Of a stretch of 64,000 bases of DNA, positions 11,878-24,329 are shown in pieces; the first letter of the stretch is position 1, and every line of letters starts with the position of its first letter. The notes under the pieces were generated by a model. The model searched no databases and was not told the origin of the DNA. It worked only from the letters and a program-made list of their open reading frames with translations. This stretch comes from Octopus vulgaris (Eukaryota), in assembly GCA_951406725.2 (NCBI GenBank), contig OX597817.1, forward strand, positions 64,790,001 to 64,854,000, in the 5' to 3' direction. Made by a program: the position numbers and the translations under genes.

Positions 11878-13970
11878 ATATCTGGAGGATTGGGACATGA
11901 CCTAGATATCCATATAGTTAATCAGGTTGTCCAGGAAGAGGTTATACCCAATGACTGGTGTAGCAACTGCTACAAAAGTAAAGGTAATGCCATAGACAGA
12001 AGTAATTACTGAGATATCAAATTACTAGACCAGATCATGAAAGTTATAGAAAGGGTCATAGCTTAACTAACTTGGAAGAAACTTAACTTGGATTAGATGC
12101 AATTTGGTTTTGTGCCAAGGAAAGCACCACTGATGCTATCTTTCAAGTAAGACAACTACAGGAAAAGCATTTAGCAGAAAATAAACTGCTGTATGGGGCA
12201 TTTGTTGATATGGAGAACACCTTTGATGGGGTCCCTTGTTCTCTCATCTGATGGTCAATGCAGAACCTAGTTGTAGGTGAGTGTATGAGAAAGCTGTCCA
12301 AGCCATGTACAAGGTTATTGTTAGCAAAGTGAAAGCTGGCAATGAGTATAGCAACAAATTTAGTGTGCAAGGAGTTCACTAAGGATCAGTTCTCAGCTCC
12401 CTCATGTTCATTATAGTCCTCTAGGCTACCAGGCCATAACAGAGGAATTTAGGACTGCTTGACTTTGGGAGCTCTTCTATGCTGATGACCTTGTTCTTAT
12501 AGCTGAATCTCTACTTGAATTAGAGAAGAAATTTCAGGTGTGGAAGCAAGGACCAGAATCATAGGGCCTTAAGGTTAAGTTGGCAAAGATCAAAGTATTA
12601 ATAAGAAGAAAAGCAGAGCAATTACTAGTGCCTTCAAGGAAATGACTCTGCCCAATATTTAGAAAAGGTGTAAATAAAAATTCCAAATGGTGTACCCATG
12701 TAAGCTATGGGTACAAAAGATGTGCAGTGGAATCACAGGAAGATTAACAGAGAAAATTGTCATTGTGTGTGGCAGATGTGCAGGTGCAATAAACACTAAA
12801 ATGTACAGGGCATAAACTTCCACAAATTTTTTAAGATATTTACCTAAGTGACCAAATTAGCAATGGAGGAAGTTGTTCTGAAAATGTAGTTACTAGGTAA
12901 AAACCAGCTGGGCAAAGTTCAGAGAGCTTTTGCCTTTGTTGGTAACAAAGGGCTTCTCCCTCAAATTGAAAGGTAGATGGTATGAGGCATATGTATGAAC
13001 AGCTATGCTACATGGCAGTGAAACATGGGCTGTGACTACTGATGACATGCAAAAACTTGGAAGAAATGAAGCTAGCATACTACACTGGATGTGCAATGCA
13101 AGTGTGCATGTACAATAAAATGTAACTGTTTTAAGAGAAAAATTGGATATAAGAGGCATCAGGTGTAGTGTACAAGAGAGAAGGCTGCACTTGTATGGTC
13201 ATGTGATGCATATGGATGAGGACAGCTGCATATGAAGTGCTGATCTCTAAATGCGGAGAGAACCTTTAGAAGAGGAAGGCCCAGGAAGATATGGGATGAA
13301 GTGGTGAGAAATGATCTTCAGATGTTGAGCCTCACGGAGTTCACAGAGGATAAAGACAATTGGCAATTTGCTGTGCTTGAGAAGACAAGCCCAGCTTAGT
13401 AAAACTGAGGCCATAAAGGCATGTCATCTATGCCCATGCCCCTCCTCTTCACATAATCCTCCACTACCCATGCTGCATTCTCCTCCATCCTCCCTCACAT
13501 ACCTACCTGCATACAGTATGGCTCCATTGAATCTCTTCCTCAAAACATATCTTAATATCCATTCCCTCTACTTGTGCCCACTCATTACATTCCTCTCTTC
13601 TCCATCTACCATTATCTTTTTGTAATCTTGTGAACTCATTCATCCACTTAGCCACTCCATGTCTCAGTCCACTCTCCCTAATTTGTCACATCTCTCTCTC
13701 CTCACCTGGGATAGCTTTGTTTCCCCTGTAATTTAAGACTCCATTCTTTTGTCCCTCCAATCAGTTGAGGGGTCTTCTTGTCTTGCAAATTACTTGGTGA
13801 TCTCAGTGCTGCTGGTGTTATGTAAAAAGCACCCAGTATACACTGTAAAGTGGTTGGCATTTGGAAGAGCATCCAGCTGTAGAAATTATGCCAAAGTAGG
13901 CAGCAGAGTTTGGTGCAGTCTTCTTTTAGTTCCTGCTGAATTCATCTTAAATCATAATGATGATGATGAT
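11878..13970 (+). mobile_element. 5'-truncated, decayed RTE-clade LINE with CT-rich 3' UTR and (GAT)n tail
   Basis: IPNDW...DRSNY, WELFYADDLVL at ~12465-12497, WAKFREL, LHGSETW, RGRPRKIW; homologous to 1274-3175. Confidence 0.9.
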
Positions 13971-15314
13971 AATATATATATTATATTATTTGAGAAGACC
14001 CCTCAACTGATTGGAAGAGAGTAGTTTGGAGGGACAAAAGAATGGAGTCTTAAATTACAGGGGAAACAAAGTTATCCCGGGTGAGGAGAGATGTGACAAA
14101 TTAGGGAGAGTGGACATTGTACATATATATATATATGTGTGTGTGTCAATATATATATGTACAATATACATAGGCGCAGGAGTGGCTGTGTGGTAAGTAG
14201 CTTGTTTACCAACCACATGGTTCCGGGTTCAGTCCCACCTTGGGTAAGTGTCTTCTACTATAGCCTCGGGCCGACCAAAGCCTTGTGAGTGGATTTGGTA
14301 GACGGAAACTGAAAGAAGCCCGTCGTATATATGTATATATATGTATGTTTGTGTGTCTGTGTTTGTCCCCCTAGCATTGCTTGACAACCGATGGTGGTGT
14401 TTATGTCGCCGTCACTTACCTGCATACAGTATGGCTCCATTGAATCTCTTCCTCAAAACATATCTTAATATCCATTCCCTCTACTTGTGCCCACTCATTA
14501 CATTCCTCTCTTCTCCATCTACCATTATCTTTTTGTAATCTTGTGAACTCATTCATCCACTTAGCCACTCCATGTCTCAGTCCATTCTCCCTAATTTGTC
14601 ACATCTCTCCTCACCTGGGATAAGCTTTGTTTCCCCTGTAATTTAAGACTCCATTCTTTTGTCCCTCCAATCAGTTGAGGGGTCTTCTTGTCTTGCAAAT
14701 TACTTGGTGATCTCAGTGCTGCTGGTGTTATGTAAAAAGCACCCAGTATACACTGTAAAGTGGTTGGCATTTGGAAGAGTATCCAGCTGTAGAAATTATG
14801 CCAAAGTAGGCAGCAGAGTTTGGTGCAGTCTTCTTTTAGTTCCTGCTGAATTCACCTTAAATCATAATGATGATGATGATAATATATATATTATATTATT
14901 TGAGAAGACCCCTCAACTGATTGGAAGAGAGTAGTTTGGAGGGACAAAACAATGGTGTCTTAAATTGCAGGGGAAACAAAGCTATCCCGGGCGAGGAGAG
15001 ATGTGACAAATTAGGGAGAGTGGACATTGTACATATATATATATATGTGTGTGTGTCAATATATATATGTACAATATACATAGGCGCAGGAGTGGCTGTG
15101 TGGTAAGTAGCTTGTTTACCAACCACATGGTTCCGGGTTCAGTCCCACCTTGGGTAAGTGTCTTCTACTATAGCCTCGGGCCGACCAAAGCCTTGTGAGT
15201 GGATTTGGTAGACGGAAACTGAAAGAAGCCCGTCGTATATATGTTTGTGTGTCTGTGTTTGTCCCCCTAGCATTGCTTGACAACCGATGGTGGTGTTTAT
15301 GTCGCCGTCACTTA
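13504..15314. repeat. Head-to-tail tandem duplication (13504-14416 and 14417-15314)
   Basis: Near-identical copies; the ORF track is duplicated (13749/14659 and 14011/14921). Confidence 0.95.
14173..14418 (+). mobile_element. SINE family A, truncated by the duplication junction
   Basis: Near-identical to 15083-15314 and stops at gtcactta. Confidence 0.9.
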
Positions 15315-15410
15315 GCGGTTCGGCAAAAAGAGACCGATAGAATAAGTCCCGGGGTCGAGTTGCTCGACTAAAGCATGGCCGCAGTCAAATGACTGAAACA
15401 AGTAAAGAAT
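15083..15410 (+). mobile_element. SINE family A, near full length, young
   Basis: GGCGCAGGAGTGGCTGTGTGGTAAG...GGTTCAGTCCC head; CpGs retained; A-rich end. Confidence 0.9.
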
Positions 15411-15451
15411 ATACACACACACACACACATATATGTATATATATATATATA

Positions 15452-15620
15452 TACGAGTGGGTATTGAAAAGTTTCTGGTTTTGGGTAAAAGAAAATCAGT
15501 TAATTATACTTTTATTCAACAATATTCCCTTCTCTTATTGCAGCGGTTTTTCAGTTTTTCTAAGCCATGTAAAAAAACTCGGAAGGTTGGGCCTCCCTTA
15601 AAGCCAAGAACTTTTCAACA
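15452..15620. mobile_element. Mariner-like terminal fragment
   Basis: TA-cgagtgggtattgaaaagtttc resembles mariner TIRs; possible partner aacttttcaacactccc at ~15610. Confidence 0.45.
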
Positions 15621-16083
15621 CTCCCCCCACCTCGTATGTACAACATACATATATTCATATAATACTTTATATATATATATATATTATATAATTTAAATAC
15701 ATGATTTTCGAAACTACTAATTCGGGTATCTTTCTCACGTGGCGCATCTACAACAGGGTGCCAAGTTTAATAGACTTAAGGGAAAAGTGAGTGAAGATTG
15801 CTTTGACATTCAGACATATTTCAAGGGCATTGGCGGTAAAATAACTGCAAGCGGGAATCGAAACTGGATCGCGTATTTGTTTCGACTAGAGCTTACATTC
15901 TTTTCCTTTAAAGTTTAGCTTTAGGAACGAAGAAGAAAAAAAAGAGTAAAATTCATGAAGCAGAATTTATCTATTAAAGAAGATAATTCACACCCTAACT
16001 ACTCGGAGTTCGCAACGCGTTTATGGTTGTGTATGTGTGTGTGTAATAACAATAGTTCTTGACTAGAATTCGAGCTAGGTAAC

Positions 16084-16430
16084 TCTTACCATATCAGAAG
16101 AGCGTGCATTGAGATGTGACTGTACTACTTTCTTCTTTGAGTATTTGTTTACACGCAATATCAATTTTAATTTACGTAAATATATTAGAGGTATTGACAA
16201 TTCATTCAACCATCTATACACACACACACACATACATATATATATAGACAGATATAAATATAGATGTGTATGTGTGTGTGTGTATACACACCTGTGTGGT
16301 TGTTTTTGGATAAAGCGGCGAATATTTAGAAGAGCTTTCAACATGTGAAGAAAGCGCATCAGGTTGTCACTGGGACAACGAACAAAAGAAAAAAATTTTT
16401 TTGCAAACAATGGCGGCAGAGCTATAAAGA
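16084..16430 (-). other. Candidate 5' exon of a minus-strand gene, ending ATG|GTAAGA
   Basis: Minus strand reads tctgatATG|GTAAGA (ATG 16092-16090) at the edge of the CpG-retaining zone; YY1-like caatggcggc near 16408. The upstream boundary is unknown and no downstream coding exon was found. Confidence 0.35.
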
Positions 16431-18180
16431 AACTGGGAAAGGGAAGAGGAGGAGAAGAATGCAACGAGAGAGGGGGAGAGAGATGGAGAAACGAGAAAGA
16501 TGAAGGAGTAATAAGAAGTGAAAGAAAGGCGGAGGTAGGAGAAAATTTTAAAGTCAGAATGAGGTGGAGGAAAGGAGTAGAGAGATAGAGAGGGTGTGGC
16601 CAAGAAAGATGGAGATGTAAGAGGGAGAGTTATAGTAAGAGTAGAAGGCGAAAGGAAAAATAAGGCGGGGAAGGAGAAGGTAGAATCAGAGAAATAAAGA
16701 ATACGGAACAGCAGGCAGTAAGGAGGTTCGATGGAGAGAAAGAGAATAATAGAATAAAGTAAGATGATGTTAAAAAAGAAAGGAAATAAGACTGAAAGAT
16801 TGAAGGGATAGAATGACGAGAAGTCGAGTCAAGAAAGAAAAACATGAATATATAGTGAAACGAACACAGTGAGAGGTGAGAATTTTTTAAAAAATGGGTG
16901 GTAGATGTAGAGAAAATATAGAAATGACACAGGAAACGACGAAGGAATGAGTGAAGAGTGGATCAAAGAAGTAAGAGAAGAGAGAAGTCTGAGAATATAG
17001 TGAAGAAAATGAGGGATAAGTTCAGATATATGGATATGTAATGTATGAAGGAAAAAGGAACGAAGGGGAGAATAAAGGAAGTTAAAAGGAGAGAGGAGAA
17101 ATAGAGAAAAGAGAGTGAAATAAACGAGGACAAAATAGTTGCAAAGAGAGGAGGGATGAGGTAAGCCAGAGAGAGGGAGAATAGATAGGGGAAGAGTGAA
17201 AGGAAGAGGAGTAAGGATCGGAGTGAACGAGCGAAAGGCAGAGGAAATGACTATGAAGAAGTTGCGAACTCCAGTGAGAAATATAAGAAGGAAGTGCGAC
17301 GGAGCTAGGGTAGAAAAGAAAGAAAGCCTGAAAGTCAAAGAGAATAGGAAAGGCCGAGCTGTAGAAGCGAAGTTAATAAAATAGTAACAAATAGTAATAA
17401 TTCTGAAGTAAATTATTAAAAATGATGGAAATCGAAACAAGAATCTTGTGAAAGTACATAAAATAAGAGACGTGTTGACAAAAAAGCTAAAGCTAGCTGA
17501 AGGAAATGAACACAAAGAAGAAAATAACATTATATCAGAGGTATTATTACTGAAATAGTTATTGAAAGAATCAGATATGGTAAAGAAACAAAGTTAGAAA
17601 GGAAAATGTTGAAGAGTTTACCGATCGAAGAAACTAATATATACATTGAAATATAGCAGAAATACGAACGTCAGAAGGAAGAGGGTGGGAAAGGACGAAT
17701 AAAGAGTATTGGGAGCAGAAGGAAAAAAGTATGAGGTAAAATAGAGAGGGGAATTTAGTGACGTTGAACGTGGATGCAATTTGAGTAGGATTTAGAGATA
17801 GAGACAGATAGAAAAAGAGAGATAATGATTGACAAGGTCGGATGAAGAAGAGGAGGAGGAGAAATTACTGAGTGAAGTATAGGGGATATTTAGTGACATC
17901 AAGTGTGAGGTTGAGTGTGGATGCAATTAGAGTAAGACGAAAGAGCGAGAGAAAGGAAGAGTGTAGAAGAACGAATTGAAGAAGGAGGTAAACATATTAC
18001 TCGCTCAAAACAGTAGCAGGTGAATGAGTGAAAGAAAGAGTGAAAAAGCTTAAGTACTAAGAAAAGAAGACTAATAAAATCATACAGAGGAGAGTATAAC
18101 AGATCAGTGAAGGAAAGAGTATATAATTAAAGAAGTGGTAGCAATTATGGTAAAGAAGGGGAGGGATGTGATGGAAACGG
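16430..18180. repeat. ~1.75 kb purine-rich, non-periodic low-complexity tract
   Basis: The + strand is overwhelmingly A/G. Confidence 0.85.
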
Positions 18181-21100
18181 AAACTTGTAGAGCTGAGAGA
18201 CAGCATGGCAAACTGTCATGGCGCAAGTTGTGAAGTTAGTATACGCTTCACTCATAACCGACTCCATTTCAACCTTTATTAGACTTTTACCTAAGTAAAT
18301 TAAAAATCTATATTGCTGCATGTCATAGTATTATTATTCATGGTAAGATTTTAAATATTAAAAAGAAAAGTAAAAGAGAATTAATCAGGTAATAAGAGAA
18401 AATATTTTCTTTTTCATTGAAGACAGCTACTCAATTCTCTTAGGGGAATCTAATATAAAACGCCACGTGTCTTAACGCAAAATCACGTCTAAAAAGAATC
18501 ATTCTTCAATTTTTAAAAGGGGGGCAATATTATTTGGTTAGGAATTAGATCATTATGTAAGAAAAAAAACCCAATTGTTTTCCAATCATTTAATTTTTTT
18601 TCGCACATAATTTCATTATACTCCCTCCCTCCCATTATAATTAGAAAGCAAATCATCGATTAAACACCAAACAGGTAAAAATCTATTAACAGAAAATTCG
18701 AAATATTATATAAGAAAAATCATCGTCTTGGATGCTTAAACTTAAAAATTTTTTTTATATATTATGGAAAATGAAGTAGAAATCAATAGGTTTTAGGGTG
18801 GGCAGTAGCTTGTCTGCAAGTTGAAAATCAACGATAGACACACCCAACTGCCGAAGAAGTGAAAAAAATAAACAAGATAAAAAAAAAAAAATTCCAGGTA
18901 AGATTTTCTGAAGCCAACCGGAGCACTTTTCATTACGGCGGGTGTTAGAGCTGCAGTTGTAATAACTGAATGTTCTCCCTCCCCATTATGTCCGTCAGGC
19001 ATGAAATTTCTCTTGATGAATTTCTACACCCTCCTACTGTATACATTTATTTTTATTTTGATGGACGAAAAAAAAAAAAATTGAAAGTTGAAAATAAACA
19101 GACGCATGCATAAATAACGTCTTTTAACACCAACTGACCCGACCACCCGTTTATAAATATACACACACATATGTATATATACACGGGTGGTCGATGATAA
19201 TGGTTGAATGTGAGTATATGTGTATTATATATATATATATATATATATAAAACGTTCGATAGATATATGCGAAAGAAGTCACTTGTAGAGATGCGGAGAG
19301 AGAGAAAGGCAGATATAGATAGAAACAAGGAAAATGAGATGGAGAGATGAATAGAGGCAGAGCGAATAAGAGTGATAAAATGGGAGCGAGATGCTTAGCA
19401 GTGGTCGGAGAAAAACGAAGAGAGAAAGAAAGAGAAATTTAATAAAACGAAGAAGAAAAGCAGATAGAGAGAAGAGTGAGTGAGTTTTTAAATAAAAAGT
19501 AAGAGAGCAATTGTCTCTTGAGACATAGAAGAAGAGTAAAAAATAAGTTAAGATACTCGGCTAGAAGAGAGACAGAATGACTAAAGTGTGACGAAATAGT
19601 GAAAGACAGAAAGGACTGGCATAGAAGAATAAAAAGAGAAGTTTATTAGTATGATGGCAGCAAGCTGTGTTGAATGGGCCACGTAAATATGGCAGAGAAG
19701 ATAAAAAAAAGTCACTTTTTAGTTCATCTATCTACCCTTCTATTAACATACACTCAGAAATCAAAATTATTGTGGTTGTCTTAGTAGCACTAAATGGAAG
19801 AAACAGCGCCAACTATGGCTCTGTGTGTAATATATACACACCACACACGCACAAACATAAACTATACAACCGTCAATCCTAACTAAACTGCCAATAGATT
19901 TAGAGTAATAACTCGGGTACGACGTAGCTACTATCTGCGACATTTGTGTCGCTTGCAAGAAACCCTTGGGAGAAAGAACTCGGCTTGTCTCGTGGCCACA
20001 CTGAAGACCGCTGCAAACATCGGATAAAGGATATGGTTACATATATAATCTTCAGTGTATATGGGTAAATGTCACAGATTACCGACTTAAGATGAGAGCC
20101 ATTTCTTTGTGGGGCGTTATGTAGAGCAGCAACAGCTTACTATCATAACTATCTTTATTAGTTCATCCATAATATATTTTTATAAACATTTCCACCTTCC
20201 GTCATAATAACTGTCGATTCCAGAGCAGGAAAGCTTTTGTAAATTATGTTATGAAACTCTTACTAATGTTAGCTATCGTCCATACGTTATTCTGCTATCG
20301 ATCTTTGTGGTGGTTGGTAGTGGACAGGATAGAAAGTGGCTTGGTTACACACAAAAAGAAAAAAAAAAAATGGAGAAATTGTTTGCAAACTCAAAAAAAG
20401 AACGGAACTTAGACTCTCCTCTAGAAATGTAATTCGCCTGGTTTCTATTACCAAGAAAATTTCGTTAACTGTAATTCATCTATGGAAAAAGTAGAAAAGT
20501 ATTTAATTTCATCCCATTACGTGCGCACGTCAGTTGGCTACATACACATACTCAAAATGGATATAGATGTATATTATTTTTGTTTGCATATTTAGTAAAT
20601 AAAATAGGAAGATGTGACATTAATGCGTTTCAAGGACTTTAGAAACTTAAGCTTCCAGCTTTATTAGAATCTCAGCTGGATCGCTGATTTTATTGCATTC
20701 AGAACTCTGACACACTCATGAAACTACAGGGTACGCCATACACAAACACACACATTATATATATATATATATATAATGAACGTATGGCGTATTTATTTTA
20801 TATACGTAATATATCCTAAAACAAAAGTGCACAACTGAAGAGTCCATAAATGAAAGATTTAAGTAAAATATCTATAATTCTGGCTAGAGTTTCTCCAAAC
20901 GACTATTGGATAAAATACATAGCTATAAAATACTGTCCGCACAAATTTGTTCACTACATGGTCAAAATGTGTCCGCTATAAAGCATCGAAAAGAGGAGAA
21001 AGTTAATAAAAAGAATTTAAAACAAACAATATTAATACGAGTAGCAAGTCGAGTGTGAAGTCATACATAGTCAAAGGGTGGAATTAGTTTGAGTAACGAC

Positions 21101-23049
21101 CAGAAACGCTGTTAACCACTACGTGGACGATAAGGGTGGAGCGACTGAAGTGAAGGCCTGCCACTCGACATTCAACCCTGCATCTCACTTTTCATCCCCT
21201 CCACCCATAAATGAATAATAAAGAGACAGGAGAAAACCGCTTCCATTCGGCGGCAGCACACTGTTGCATTGGCATTTATTTGAATTCAAAATAGCCTAGC
21301 TGGCTACAAAAATCCCTGCCCTTCTAACCAACCAGCCATATCAAACTGTCCCATATTAGTTTTCTAAACCGTTATTATAATTCGCTAATAGATAAATCGT
21401 CTAAGAAGGAATATAAAAGAAATGCGTCAGACAAGTATTGATATAGGAAAACATTATAATTGATGTAGTTGTAAATAAAAAAAAATAAATAAAATAAAAA
21501 TTTCATTAAATGTCATAATTACTTCCCATATACTGGACAACAGGTTAAATAAACTTTGATGCATACTCTTTTTCTTTCTTTCGGGATTTAATTTTTGAGC
21601 TGCTGAGTTTTCAAGTAAATTTTAACCGATAATAGTCGCATCTGAGGAAATTCCTAGTAAATTTAAACTCTTCAGGAATATAACTATTAAATATAAGCAT
21701 AGATAGGACGGGTGAAATAATGCAGCTAATACATACACGCAAATAGTATACCTATATAATTCTACTCAGTTATTACTTACAACCTGGCCTCAATATTAGC
21801 AAAATGGTATAGTGTGTGCATCTAAATCGGATAGTATTTCACTTTTTGTGATAAACACCCACCCATATAACTACAGAAATGTATGTAGATATATTTGAAG
21901 GAAAATTGAAGACCACGTCCAGGACAAAATATGTTCCATCCGAACTGCCTAAGTACCATATTCAAAATATTCCGTCAATCATTATACAAATACTTTTCTC
22001 CTAGAATAATTTCTTCTACGCAAGCTCTTTATTCATTTATTATCATGAAATAAAACAGATTTTCATCCCACCGGTACGCCATGTTGGGCCGAATGAGAAA
22101 CTTTGCTTAATGACCAGGGAGGTGAGGAAGGGTCGAAAGGTTAACTTGTTATCCACGTGTACTGAACTCTACTGTTTCGAATATACTCATTTTTATTCTT
22201 CCCAATAAATATCAGCGAAGCTCACATTGTTTTTATTTATTATTATTATATTAGAAGCGGGCTAATTTTTCATTTATTGAAAAGAAGATGTAAAATATAA
22301 TTAAGAGATTGTTACTTAATTCATCAATTTTGTTTCTTTCCCGTATTAATTTATAATTGAAACAAACTGTCAGTTTCAAACAGCCCCAGCAATCAAAAGA
22401 AAAAATATTTCACGCACTCACATTAGATTTATAATTTATGATTTTAAACTGGTAGAAATATGAAGTTTTAGGTTAAATTAGACATTTGTTCAAATATCTA
22501 AGTCTAAAACTTCATGCAATAAAAGGTACTTAATCTCAATATTTTATTTTCAACCCATTTTGCCGAAAATATTTCCAAAATTCATATTGATGAATTGAAT
22601 TAATTATATCCACAATAGTTTTTAAGCACGCAAAAAGCAGAAAGGGGGAAATAAAACTCAGTCATGGTCTGAAGTTGATTTTTTAAATAGGATTTTGGTT
22701 GACATTCACTGGTGTGTGGCCATCGAAAATGAAGCAACTGCGTGAATAACACAATTTCACAACTTGTAAGGGAAGAGTAATATGAGGATTTTCAATATGA
22801 AGATAAATGAACATTACTTTCTGCATGTTCGAAGTGTAGGTTCATATTTAATTCAGGAAACCAACAGGCTGTTTTTCTTCACGGTTAGCTCACTAAGACG
22901 ATGATCAACAGTAAGTTACCTGATCGAGAGCTAACTAACTTACGAGTAAGACACATTGATATTGTCTTCTAAATTGTCACAATGTTTAGTATTTTTACCC
23001 TTTCCAAAATAAAGCCATCATTTGAGATTTAAAAAAAAATACAATTCGA

Positions 23050-23247
23050 AATGTTAGTGAGGTTCGAACACGAGATGGTAAGGTAGAAGTTTAACCCTGG
23101 GATCGCGCCACTAACAGGCCTCGTTCCCAGAATTCCTGACCTAATTAACGCATGCCCAGTAGCAGTATTGCAAATGGCGGCGGTTGTTATTGTTCGATGG
23201 CGTATGTGATACAAGTGACTTCGTAGGAAGGTTTAACACCTTTAAAG
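23050..23247 (+). promoter_or_regulatory. Candidate housekeeping-type promoter and first non-coding exon
   Basis: CpG cluster; YY1-type caaatggcggc at 23171-23181; ZNF143/SBS-like ttcccagaattc at 23124-23135; donor AAG|GTATTT at 23247/23248; T/G skew begins downstream. Confidence 0.55.
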
Positions 23248-23476
23248 GTATTTATTTTAAAATTTATTCGTGACAAGGTCTTCTCCTTGGATTACTGAAT
23301 TCAAAACAAGTAATGCGAAAGCGTTTTGTACAGTTTATCATGGTAGTATTTTGAATGTTTCGCAACAGCGTCGGGGGGTAACCTCGGATTAAGAGCATTT
23401 TAAAAAGATAAATTAAATTTCTATACTGATTGAAAAAACGTAATAGTTCATTCTACTTTTTACCCATTATTTTCAG

Positions 23477-24329
23477 AGTTTTATTTGATATTGTTCGAAG
23501 TGTATTGCGTGTCTGCTGTTTCATTTTTCTATACTGTGTTGTCCTTCAAAGCTGACAGTAGTCGGAACTCACTGGAGGTTGTGCGGTTCCGCCTCGTTTC
23601 TGGTCGCGACCTTATGGGCTCCACTCTCGAGGAGTTTTGCGTTCGTATTTATGGTAGTATAAAATATGAAATAATTTAATTGTTCAAGTTTATCTCGTAC
23701 CCTGCCTTCACACGCCCGTTTGAAAACTTACTTTTAAAATGCAATGACCAGCACTGGTTGATAATCTAACTGAGCGTGGCAGGGTGTTAGCTTTAGGACT
23801 GTGCCGAAATTTCGGCCTCCTTTCAATATTCCAAATTTAAGATGTTGGCCTTATTTCATACAAACTGACTTCACAACCCATTCGAAGAGTGTTTTGCTCT
23901 AATCTTTGTATCTCCTTTTGTAGAAACGCTTGTTTGGTTATTTTTCTTTCTTCTTTGGGTTTCCAGTTTCCACCTCTTAACTCATTAATCTTGAGCAGAG
24001 AATATTGTTTAGTGAGATCAGTCAAGGCGTTCTAGTTTGTTGAACTGGCCAGTAAAGGATAATAGAAGAGAACTATATCTTTGCTGTGTCTATGTGGTTG
24101 CATGAGTTTTAGTATAGTTTATGTTTGCTGTTTTTTGTCCATATGTCATTCGAAGCTGTTGCTCATTTTTCTTCTCAAATTCTTTTATATAACAATATGT
24201 TTGAATGTCAGCCTATATACAAGCTCCAGTCATTTGTTTATACGTCCATGTGTGACATGATTTTTGGCTCTTGTTGTCTCCTCCTGACTATTATCAATAA
24301 AAACACTGTTAAAACCCACCTCATGTCAG
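23477..24329 (+). other. Candidate long 5'-UTR exon, possibly ending in the first codons (ATG TCA G)
   Basis: Acceptor ttattttcag at 23476; consensus donor CAG|GTAAGT at 24329/24330; ATG at 24323. Product unknown. Confidence 0.45.

Noticed and set aside
16829-17530. 233 aa minus-strand ORF, the longest in the window
   Set aside because: A by-product of the pyrimidine-rich strand; F/L/S-biased with no true ATG context or domain.
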